Of a stretch of 64,000 bases of DNA, positions 21,694 to 30,226 are shown piece after piece. The stretch spans positions 55-64,054 of the forward strand of contig CAZMSC010000004.1 of assembly GCA_964568845.1 (NCBI GenBank), read 5' to 3'. Within the stretch, counting starts at the first letter, position 1; the number at the start of each line of letters is the position of its first letter. The stretch is from an uncultured Candidatus Bathyarchaeia archaeon. GTDB taxonomy: Archaea; Thermoproteota; CALKCG01; B24. Both the position numbers and the translations under genes were made by a program. The notes beneath the pieces were generated by a model. That model searched no databases. It was not told the origin of the DNA and worked only from the letters and a program-made list of their open reading frames with translations.

Positions 21694-24600
21694 CTATGAC
21701 ATGCTTCTTATACTATCTATTTCAATCTTTAGTGTCCTCATGACATCTTGATAGTTTAGTTTCCCGTTTTCTATAAGCCACATGGCTTCCTCAAGCTTCC
21801 TAGTGGTTTCTTCAGAAATGAATGGACCAAATCTATCATTCAAGTAATCGAAGACTTTTATACCCATTCTAGTAGGTATGAGAGACTTTCTATTTTTAGA
21901 GGCTAAGATATATCCCCGTTCGAAAATCGTCTCTACTATCTTAGCGTATGTTGAGGGTCTTCCTATACCCCTCTCCTTCATTAAAGCTATTATATCGCCT
22001 TGAGTGTAGAGCGGTACGCTGGGAGCCCTCCAATGTCTAACGTTAACTATCCTTACAACACCCTCTTTAACTGGAGGTATTGTTCTGATCGGTCTAACGA
22101 GGTTGAAGCCGTTTTCGATAATATTTGAATATCCTTCCACATCGGTAACTTTATTCTGAATCTTAACTTTAAAAGATGATTTTTCAACTTTAACGTGTTT
22201 CATTTGACTCGCTATAAACCTTTGGAATATAAGCTCGTATAGAGATAGATGTTTATGGGTGAGCCTTTTCGCAAACTTCATAAGCCCCAGCGTCATAAGC
22301 TCTTTGATTCTAGTGGCATCTAGACTCCTAGTCGGCCTTATACATTCATGCGCACCCTCAGCATGCCAAACTCTAGGCGCTACAAAGTCGGAGCCGAATT
22401 TACTCGTAATATAGTCCCTAGCTATCTCTATACCCACCTGCGACACTCTGTGGCTGTCAGTTCTATGGTAGGTTATCAAACCCAGTTCGAAGAGGTCCTG
22501 GGCTAAAGTCATTGTCTCAGTAGCGCCTAGACCCATATAGGTTGAGGCATCTTTAAGCATAGAGTCTGTGGTGAAGGGGGGAGGGGGATTAACCTCGACA
22601 ACTTCCGCTCTAAGGTCTGTAATTTCGGCTTGAACGTTCTTCAAATTCTCCATGTAATGTCTAAGCTCCTTTCTATGCATGCGATCTTCAGATATTACGA
22701 TTTTAAGACCGTTTTCAAGTTTTAACTCGAAAAACTCTCTTACGGAGCGCTTCGACTCGTGCATTCTACTTATAATCCATCCTAAGACTGGAGTTTGCAC
22801 TCTTCCAGCTGAAAGCCTTCTACTTCCAAAGACCTTCCAAAGCTTCTGACTCAACTCAAAACCTATCCACCTATCTTCAATCCGCCTAGTTATTTGAGCT
22901 TCTACGAGGTTCAGATCTATCTCCCTAAGGTTTTTAAATGACTCTCGAAGCGCCCTTCTAGTAACTTCATGAAATTCAGCTCGTTTAACTTCACGTGTGA
23001 ATGGTTTAATTGCTACACATAGATCCCAAGAGATCTTCTCCCCTTCAGCGTCAGCATCGGTTCCAAGTATTACTAGGTCTACTTCTTTGGCCAAACTTCT
23101 CAAACTCTCTATTACAGATCTTTTATCGTGGATATTCTCTGAGCCGCATACTGGGCATTTGACAGAGCTGCTAACAAACGTATAACTGCATTTTAAACAC
23201 CTCTTTATAGTCGAGTAGACTGGAACGTATAATCCATCGACGTCGAGAACACCATAGAGCCCAATATCCTCAATAGTCAAATCCATAATATGTCCCCCTG
23301 TTGCCGCTATTGTTAAGATGTAATCTCCAGTATTGACTTCGAAAGCCGTTAGATTCCCTATACGCCTCTTACTCGGTCTACCGAAGAGCCTAGCTATCGT
23401 TCTAGCCTTATTTGGAGACTCGACTATGAAGAGGGCTGCTTTCACTAGGTCTTTGAACTCGGCTCTGACTCTTCCATCCATGAGGTCTTTTATAGCTCTC
23501 CTATCCTCATCAACACCTTTTACAATATCGTCTAAGTTAGTTTCTGAAAGAGCACGCCAGTTTATATCTTCTATGAACCAGCGCGTTTCCCTCATCAGGC
23601 CGTTAAAAGCCTTACTATTGTCCACAAGAACGATTGACAGCCCTCTAGATATACCTCCAGCATACATCCTCGACGTTCTACCTGAAGCTTGAATATAGGC
23701 CACCGGATCGGGTACCACTAGGTAGAAAACGTCGCCCTCCCTCTCCAAGCCAATGTATGGGCTTTCCTCTAATGCTTTAAGCAATTCTTCTCTAGAAAGA
23801 ACATCGCTTAGAAACTTCAAAGCTTCCTCTATTGCTATTCTAGCCCGCTCAGGTATCAGCGGCAGAGGCTCGTCTTTAGCTACCGCTTGAGCTATATTAT
23901 CCTGTACATCTGCAGGCATTATACGGCTTACCACTCTAAGCTCATTTAGAAGCCTTAAGGCTTCTGCCTGCTCTCTCTCCGGAAGAAGCTCCATTATGTT
24001 GGCTAGTAAAATTATCGCCTTAGATATTCTAAACTTCTGTTTCACATCGAGGTCTATATGCATCTTAGGAACCCCTAGAAAGACTGCATACCTAACTCTG
24101 TACGGTAGATCTATGCCACGGACAAGGGGACTCCTATAAGAGGCAACACCTATTAAGACGTCGTAAACACCTTCTGAGAACTTTTCCAAAACCCTCTTTC
24201 TAACTCTGGTAAGGGCTTCTGCTTTAATATTCCGTTCAGTGAGGAAGTTTTTAAATTTATCAGCGTATTCTGCTCCAAGGTTCATGGGAATGTATATTAA
24301 ACCTCCCGGCCCCAGCTTCTCTATGAGCTTGTAAGCATCTTCTTCCAAGTTTTTAGATTCAATGTATAGGTCGGCGACGTTACGCCCGACATCTATCCTA
24401 GAGGATATTTCAAAGCCGAGCAGCTCTCTAAATAGTAGAACGTGTCTAGTCCTTCTAGCTCTAATGGACGCTCCGGATACGACTAAAACCCCAACCTTCT
24501 CCCTCTTAGCTTCAATCTCACCCATAAGTTTAGAAATCTCATCATAGAGCCTGTAAACTTCTGAGAAACTTCTTCTCCTAAGCTCTCTACCCAGCTCTCT

Positions 24601-25323
24601 TCTAAGGTTTATGATCGTCAAAGCATTTTCTAAATCCTCATGACCGAAGCCAAGGAGAATTAAAACCTTATCGATGTTTCTAGAAGCCCTCAACAGCGAA
24701 TCTACATCGTCTACAAATATGAAGTCAAACTTTATGTTCTCTAGGAGGTTAAACCTCATGTTTAGAAAATTTAAAGTTGTTACGAGAATGTCGTAATCTC
24801 CATTCTTTATCCTTTCAAGCTGAGAATTAGCCTCTCTACGTGTTAGAAGGGAATGGTAGTAAGCTATTCTAACGTTTAAACCGGTTCTTTCAGAATACTT
24901 TAAAATCCTCTCAGAAACCTGCTTAGCTAAGAGGGCTGTAGGAATCAATATGTAGCTTTTCTTATTTCTTTCACATGCTAGAAATAAGGCCATTATAGAT
25001 CCAAAAACAGTTTTCCCCATACCGGTTGGAGCTATAAGTGCAAAACTTTTACCTGAAAATATTCGCCTAGCCCAAACCCTCTGCGCAGCCCAAGGCTGGC
25101 TATCCGTAGCTTTTTCAAAAAAACTGGCGAATTTATCTAACTGCTTATTCATTGATATGAGTTCAATATAACTTCTACTAGGCTTAACGGGTAAAGTTTG
25201 CAGATTTGAATCGATTGTATGCTCAACTGGAAGGCATTGCCTACACAGTAAACCCGCAAATGCTCTATCATCATCGATATCGCCGTTACAATTTGGACAT
25301 AGATTTTTAAAAATCGCTCTCAT
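21694..25323 (-). CDS. rgy: reverse gyrase
   Basis: 1209 aa. N-terminal Zn finger CPNCNG...CRQC, helicase Walker A APTGMGKT and VDDVD, then a Toprim/topoisomerase IA half with an inserted Zn ribbon CLKC...CPVCG. Confidence 0.95.
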   Translation of the reverse strand: MRAIFKNLCPNCNGDIDDDRAFAGLLCRQCLPVEHTIDSNLQTLPVKPSRSYIELISMNKQLDKFASFFEKATDSQPWAAQRVWARRIFSGKSFALIAPTGMGKTVFGSIMALFLACERNKKSYILIPTALLAKQVSERILKYSERTGLNVRIAYYHSLLTRREANSQLERIKNGDYDILVTTLNFLNMRFNLLENIKFDFIFVDDVDSLLRASRNIDKVLILLGFGHEDLENALTIINLRRELGRELRRRSFSEVYRLYDEISKLMGEIEAKREKVGVLVVSGASIRARRTRHVLLFRELLGFEISSRIDVGRNVADLYIESKNLEEDAYKLIEKLGPGGLIYIPMNLGAEYADKFKNFLTERNIKAEALTRVRKRVLEKFSEGVYDVLIGVASYRSPLVRGIDLPYRVRYAVFLGVPKMHIDLDVKQKFRISKAIILLANIMELLPEREQAEALRLLNELRVVSRIMPADVQDNIAQAVAKDEPLPLIPERARIAIEEALKFLSDVLSREELLKALEESPYIGLEREGDVFYLVVPDPVAYIQASGRTSRMYAGGISRGLSIVLVDNSKAFNGLMRETRWFIEDINWRALSETNLDDIVKGVDEDRRAIKDLMDGRVRAEFKDLVKAALFIVESPNKARTIARLFGRPSKRRIGNLTAFEVNTGDYILTIAATGGHIMDLTIEDIGLYGVLDVDGLYVPVYSTIKRCLKCSYTFVSSSVKCPVCGSENIHDKRSVIESLRSLAKEVDLVILGTDADAEGEKISWDLCVAIKPFTREVKRAEFHEVTRRALRESFKNLREIDLNLVEAQITRRIEDRWIGFELSQKLWKVFGSRRLSAGRVQTPVLGWIISRMHESKRSVREFFELKLENGLKIVISEDRMHRKELRHYMENLKNVQAEITDLRAEVVEVNPPPPFTTDSMLKDASTYMGLGATETMTLAQDLFELGLITYHRTDSHRVSQVGIEIARDYITSKFGSDFVAPRVWHAEGAHECIRPTRSLDATRIKELMTLGLMKFAKRLTHKHLSLYELIFQRFIASQMKHVKVEKSSFKVKIQNKVTDVEGYSNIIENGFNLVRPIRTIPPVKEGVVRIVNVRHWRAPSVPLYTQGDIIALMKERGIGRPSTYAKIVETIFERGYILASKNRKSLIPTRMGIKVFDYLNDRFGPFISEETTRKLEEAMWLIENGKLNYQDVMRTLKIEIDSIRSMS

Positions 25324-25374
25324 TATTTCTAGAAGAATTTCACATATGTAGTCTCATAAAAGTTTACATTAAAA

Positions 25375-26178
25375 TTAGAACATAACCGTTATGAGACTTA
25401 GCCATAATGCTACAACCGCTATGATTGAAGATACCCATACGCTTCTGCTCCACTTAAAGACCTTAGCGCCATCCATTGGATCTAAAGGTATTAGATTGAA
25501 TAAAGCAAGGCTCAAATTTAAACTAGCCAATACGTAAAGCGATATGGCGGTTAAATCGTTGCTAGCGTAGAATTCAATTAGGAATACGTAAACTATTGCT
25601 TGAATTATATTGGTTAACGGCCCCGCGAAAGCTATCTTACCTACACCATCTTTACTAATGAATAGCCCTACAACCCTAACGGCACCAGGGGCTATGATTT
25701 TAATCGGAAAAATCACGGATAGAAGTGTTAACAGCAAACCTGGTATGCTTAGTCTAAACTCAGCCCAATATCCCATTTTCTGCGCTACAATTTTATGAGC
25801 AAGTTCATGCGTCAAGAAGGAAGATACCATTCCAAGGACAGTTATGGTCAATAATCCAATGTTTAGTAGGAGGAATGGTATATTGTTGATAAGCATGGAA
25901 AACCCTATGAGAGTGAAAACAGATAATCCAACAGCTAAATGTTTAAGCTCTTTAAGACTAGTCATTTGGAAAATGCTTCCAGCTTTAAATCTAGCCATAT
26001 CCACATGTGTTGTTGACCTCCTAGGAGCTGTTGGAGCTAATCTAGGGATATAAGCTCTAGACGTTAAATCACACCTATGGTTTTCCGGAAGCCTATGCTC
26101 GTAGCAGAATAACTTTCCACAGTATGAACATTTAAAAGGTATAGCGACTTCTATCCCACACTCCTGACACTTAACCAA
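25375..26178 (-). CDS. membrane M50/site-2-type zinc protease with an N-terminal AN1 zinc finger
   Basis: CQECG...FKCSYCGKLFCYEHRLPENHRC (AN1), HELAHK (HExxH) in a TM helix, and NLIPLDPMDGAKV (NxxPxxxxDG). Confidence 0.75.
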   Translation of the reverse strand: MVKCQECGIEVAIPFKCSYCGKLFCYEHRLPENHRCDLTSRAYIPRLAPTAPRRSTTHVDMARFKAGSIFQMTSLKELKHLAVGLSVFTLIGFSMLINNIPFLLLNIGLLTITVLGMVSSFLTHELAHKIVAQKMGYWAEFRLSIPGLLLTLLSVIFPIKIIAPGAVRVVGLFISKDGVGKIAFAGPLTNIIQAIVYVFLIEFYASNDLTAISLYVLASLNLSLALFNLIPLDPMDGAKVFKWSRSVWVSSIIAVVALWLSLITVMF

Positions 26179-26305
26179 AGGTCAAGCCCCGACTTCAATA
26201 ACGGAACATTATTATTAAAAACTTATCTGATTACAGTTTTTTCGAGTTGGGAAAAACCATTTAATATTAAGCTTATTTTACTGTAAAGCGTAGAGAAAAC
26301 CTAGA

Positions 26306-26680
26306 ATGACTAATGAGGAGAAGTTCAGATACACGCAAAATATCGTGATCCGAACTGACATATTTATGAGTTGCGGTAAAATGTGTGCACAAGTAGCCCA
26401 TGCCGCCGTAACAGCTTGCGAAGAATCTAGGAAAAGCCATGAAAAGTGGCTTAGAGAGTGGCTTAAAGAAGGGCAGAGAAAAGTAGTTTTAAAAGCAAAT
26501 TCTCTTGATGAGCTCATCAACTTGAAGAGGGAGGCAGATAGGTTGAATATACCGAATGCTTTAATTGAAGACAGGGGGTTAACAGAGCTACCACCTGGGA
26601 CAATAACATGTTTAGCCATAGGTCCTGCTCCTAAAGAGCTTGTAGACAAAATCACCAGAAGACTTAAATTAATAGACTGA
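26306..26680 (+). CDS. pth: archaeal-type peptidyl-tRNA hydrolase (Pth2)
   Basis: IRTDIFMSCGKMCAQVAHAAV, GQRKVVLK and IEDRGLTELPPGTITCLAIGP. Confidence 0.85.
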   Translation: MTNEEKFRYTQNIVIRTDIFMSCGKMCAQVAHAAVTACEESRKSHEKWLREWLKEGQRKVVLKANSLDELINLKREADRLNIPNALIEDRGLTELPPGTITCLAIGPAPKELVDKITRRLKLID

Positions 26681-26927
26681 TATCTTGAAATTGGAACCTC
26701 GGCTTTCTCTTTAACGATGGGACCTGAATTTATACGATAGTTGAGCCTTCCATATATCAATTTGTTTATAATTTCATCGTAAGATTTTTCATCGATTCCA
26801 TGTTTTCAACGTCGCATCAAATCTTCACATAATTACTGCGGTGTATTAATCTATGGTTGCGCAGAAAATCTACGTTTACTTTCATATCATACTCTAAGTT
26901 ACTAAAGTTAAAGTTCACTAATAAATG

Positions 26928-28763
26928 TTAAGTTTTCATTGGAAAGTTTAAGTTTTCCAGGAAAATCTTGTTAAAGTCAGGTTTAATGTAGAATTCAATA
27001 AATTTTATACGTTTAGCCAAATCTTCAGCTTTAATTCTTTCTTCATATGATATCAGACACATTTTCGCGCCGATGCCAGCCGTATTGCCTACGCTTTTAA
27101 TCCTACTTAGATCTACATTGGGGAGTAGACCTATTCTAACAGCGCTCCTAGGGCTTATGTAAGAACCGAATGACCCGGCTAAGTAAATGGTGGATAATTC
27201 TTCAACCCGAACCCCCGCATCCCGCATCAGTAAGGTTAAACCTGTAGCTATAGCTGATTTCGCTAATTGAATTTCTCTAACATCTCTCTGAGTTATAGTT
27301 ATAGCATTTCCAGTACCGCTTTCTTTGGAATCCACCACTATGAATTCGTAATCTTTACCGGAGTTTATAAAGAGGTTTGGAGATTTTGAAACGTTGAATC
27401 TACCGTTTCTATTTAGAAGACCAGTATCTAAAAGCGATGCTAAAGCATCTACAACACCTGAACCACATATCCCCATTGGTTTTACGCCACCTATCACCTC
27501 ATACTTCACGGTTTCAGAATCTATGTAGATTGTCTCTATGGCTCCTAGACCAGCTCTCATACCGTGTTTTATACGGGCTCCTTCGAAGGCAGGTCCTGAG
27601 GCGCAACTACATGCATAAAGGTCTTTACCGTTGTTTAGGATTATTTCTGTATTTGTCCCGATATCTATCACGGCGCTCGGCTCGTCGAATTCGTAGATTC
27701 TAGTTGCAAGAGCATCCGCAATAGCATCTGCTCCTACAAACCCGGCTACAACGGGTGGGAGGAATAGATTTCCAGACTCATTTATGTTTAAACCTATTTC
27801 AGATGCTTTCAAGTTTATGGAGTTCCGTACGACTGGGGTGAAGGGGGCCAATCCAAGGGTTTTGGGAGGTATTCCAAGGAATATGTGATGCATAGCCGTG
27901 TTTCCAACAGCCACAACTTCATATATATCTTGAGGAGGTATACTGACGGCTTTACAAAGCTCCTCTATCAGTTGGTTAACACCTCCAACAGCGGCCTTCT
28001 GAAGTTCAACAGCTCTCCCATAGTCTGAAGCATAAGTTATTCGCGATATCACATCTTCTCCGAAACTTATCTGAGGATTTAACATGGATTTGACAGCTTC
28101 TGTCTCACCAGTTTTCAAGTTTATGAGGTACGCAACTAATTTAGTGGTTCCAATGTCCACAGCAAGACCGTAGATCCTTTTAACTCCATTAACGGGTAAA
28201 ACGTCTAATATGCCGAAATCCCTATGATATATCACTCTTATATTCCATCCGCTTTCCCTTAAAACAGATGGAAGCTTTTTCAGAACCGCAAGCTGTGGAG
28301 CCGTGTATGATTCAACCTTTAATGCATCTAAAACTCTATCATAGTCCGATTTAAGATCTGATAGTGTCGGTTTTTTAACCTTAACTATGACTTCTTTAAC
28401 GGCCGGATTAACCAGTACTGGTGATTCTACACCTTCCACGGCGACTTTGTAAAAGCGGATAGTGTCCTCCGCTGGGATTTCTATTTCAGTGTCTTCTAGG
28501 ACTTTCGCTTGACATGCCAGTCTAAAACCATTTGAAAGTTTTCCACCAAGTAGTTTGAGTTCTTGTTCAGATGGAGACGAAAGCTTTCCTTTAACCACTC
28601 TTATAACACATTTACCGCATATACCTAAACCGCCACATATACTTTGAAGCGCTATACCGTTTCTTCTAAGAGAGCCTAGAACTGTCTCATCCGTTTCAGT
28701 CTGTATTCTCAGTCCGAGGGGTTGAACGATAAGCCTAGGCAATATTACACCTCCCATTTTCAA
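26928..28763 (-). CDS. 2Fe-2S ferredoxin domain fused to an ASKHA ATPase (RACo/DUF4445-like)
   Basis: N-terminal CGGLGICGKCVIRV...ACQ (plant-type 2Fe-2S). ASKHA phosphate motifs VDIGTTKLV and IDIGTNTEI. Confidence 0.7.
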   Translation of the reverse strand: MKMGGVILPRLIVQPLGLRIQTETDETVLGSLRRNGIALQSICGGLGICGKCVIRVVKGKLSSPSEQELKLLGGKLSNGFRLACQAKVLEDTEIEIPAEDTIRFYKVAVEGVESPVLVNPAVKEVIVKVKKPTLSDLKSDYDRVLDALKVESYTAPQLAVLKKLPSVLRESGWNIRVIYHRDFGILDVLPVNGVKRIYGLAVDIGTTKLVAYLINLKTGETEAVKSMLNPQISFGEDVISRITYASDYGRAVELQKAAVGGVNQLIEELCKAVSIPPQDIYEVVAVGNTAMHHIFLGIPPKTLGLAPFTPVVRNSINLKASEIGLNINESGNLFLPPVVAGFVGADAIADALATRIYEFDEPSAVIDIGTNTEIILNNGKDLYACSCASGPAFEGARIKHGMRAGLGAIETIYIDSETVKYEVIGGVKPMGICGSGVVDALASLLDTGLLNRNGRFNVSKSPNLFINSGKDYEFIVVDSKESGTGNAITITQRDVREIQLAKSAIATGLTLLMRDAGVRVEELSTIYLAGSFGSYISPRSAVRIGLLPNVDLSRIKSVGNTAGIGAKMCLISYEERIKAEDLAKRIKFIEFYIKPDFNKIFLENLNFPMKT

Positions 28764-29667
28764 TGAGGGCTACTGCTAAAATGGGTAAAGCTATTGTGAA
28801 ATCACATGGAACAACAACTCTGTAAGACTCTGGTTTAACTTTACCCCAGCTTATAGCCTCATCTGGAGTTGCACCGGATAAACCTCCATACTCAGGTCTA
28901 TCTGTAGTTATACTGACTACATATGTCAGAGGTTTTCCAGCTGTCATAATCGCCTGGTTAAGGTAATTTTTAGGAACCCCTCCACCGAGTATAAGCGCTC
29001 CGGTTTTTTCAGAATTCCATATTAAATCAAGCAATTCTATTTGATCTTGGAAAAGATCTACTTTAAAATTAGAGCCGCGGCTGTACATGCTGATGTGTAA
29101 CCCGAGTATGCTGTCATTCAACGTTGGACAAAATATCGGTACGTTCATGTCGTTGCATGATTTGAGAATGGAGTTTTCGTCTGAAATACTGCTACCTAAG
29201 GTGCTCAAAAATTCTCTACTACTCATAGTTTTTCTCGGAAGATTCTCTAGAATCTCCTTAAGCTTTTTCTCCAGTACCAGAAAACTCTCAGTCTTAATGT
29301 AGACGTCGTATATCCGGCTTAAACTCATCTTTTTAAGCTCCAAATCATCAATGTAAGCGCTTCCTTTAAAATGCCTCTCGCCAAACGCTTCAAGCAGATC
29401 GTGCGTCAAATTGGCACCTGTAGTAATTACAACGTCAAATAGCCTCGCTTTAATCATCGTAGATAGGGTAAACCTTAAACCTCCAGGAACAGTTGCTCCG
29501 GCAACTGTCAGAAACTTTAAGCATCCGTAATCCTTTGACATCATATTGAGTATCTGATACGCTTCGTAAAGTCTTCTAGCTGTAAAGGAACCGTTTCCAA
29601 ACTCTTTCAAAAGCGTTGAAACAGCCATTTTCGGTTTAACTTTTATGTGCTCGATTGGATTTAACAT
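28735..29667 (-). CDS. dys: deoxyhypusine synthase
   Basis: VAGATVPGGLR, VVITTGANLTHDL, IDDLELKK..LSRIYDV and GGGVPKNY. Start set at MLNPIEH (29667). The track's 29934 start adds 89 non-homologous residues. Confidence 0.85.
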   Translation of the reverse strand: MLNPIEHIKVKPKMAVSTLLKEFGNGSFTARRLYEAYQILNMMSKDYGCLKFLTVAGATVPGGLRFTLSTMIKARLFDVVITTGANLTHDLLEAFGERHFKGSAYIDDLELKKMSLSRIYDVYIKTESFLVLEKKLKEILENLPRKTMSSREFLSTLGSSISDENSILKSCNDMNVPIFCPTLNDSILGLHISMYSRGSNFKVDLFQDQIELLDLIWNSEKTGALILGGGVPKNYLNQAIMTAGKPLTYVVSITTDRPEYGGLSGATPDEAISWGKVKPESYRVVVPCDFTIALPILAVALIENGRCNIA

Positions 29668-29743
29668 TCCATCTCTATTTAAGAGAAGAAGATAACGGAT
29701 AAATTTATCTAAAAGAAGAACGCAATATGTATCGAGGACGCCG
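29668..29743. promoter_or_regulatory. divergent promoter region (dys leftward, small ORF pair rightward)
   Basis: AT-rich AAATTTATCTAAAAGAAG (29701-29718) can serve as a TATA box on either strand. Confidence 0.3.
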
Positions 29744-29980
29744 TTGAGTGGCGAGAAGTATAGGGTTGAAGTTAAATCTCTAAAAAAGTCTATGAAGGTT
29801 AACCCAAATCTTCTGGATAACGTGAAGGGGATCAGTCCAAAACTCTTAGGGAGGATGAAGAAGGAGGCTGTGGAATGCCCTGTGAAGAAAACCGCTATAC
29901 CGTTCTTGGAGTGTTTCATATGTAGCAATTTCATTACAAGGGTGAAAGGGGTGGTTTACTGTAAAGGTGAACCGTTTTGA
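29744..29980 (+). CDS. small basic Cys-containing protein (hypothetical)
   Basis: 78 codons from TTG (ATG at 29792 is an alternative). Contains ECPV...ECFICSNF...VYCKG. TTGA overlap couples it to the next ORF. Confidence 0.35.
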   Translation: MSGEKYRVEVKSLKKSMKVNPNLLDNVKGISPKLLGRMKKEAVECPVKKTAIPFLECFICSNFITRVKGVVYCKGEPF

Positions 29981-30219
29981 AACTTGAAGCCAGACACATA
30001 TTTTTAACTATAAACTTAACGCTTTTCACAATACTTCTCTACTATCTTTGGTTTATTGCCCTTCCATATTACACGTATACGTACTACTATGAAGCTATTA
30101 GAAATACGATAATTCTAGTATCCATCCTACTTTTAGTAGCTATGTCGCTATCATCAATCCTCATACTGAGAATGGGTAAGGAGGAAGAACAGGAAGAGAT
30201 AGATATTGGGAAACATTAA
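29977..30219 (+). CDS. small two-TM membrane protein (hypothetical)
   Basis: Two hydrophobic helices and an acidic tail KEEEQEEIDIG. Its start overlaps the upstream stop. Confidence 0.35.
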   Translation: MKLEARHIFLTINLTLFTILLYYLWFIALPYYTYTYYYEAIRNTIILVSILLLVAMSLSSILILRMGKEEEQEEIDIGKH

Positions 30220-30226
30220 AAGTGAA

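Noticed and set aside
26278-26760. 160-aa minus-strand ORF
   Set aside because: It is antisense to peptidyl-tRNA hydrolase Pth2, whose conserved motifs are all present on the plus strand.
29668-29934. 89-residue N-terminal extension of deoxyhypusine synthase given by the ORF track
   Set aside because: The extension (MKLLHMKHSKNGIAVFF...) has no DHS similarity. Homology begins at MLNPIEH, and the opposite strand carries a better-looking small ORF with its own AT-rich promoter box.
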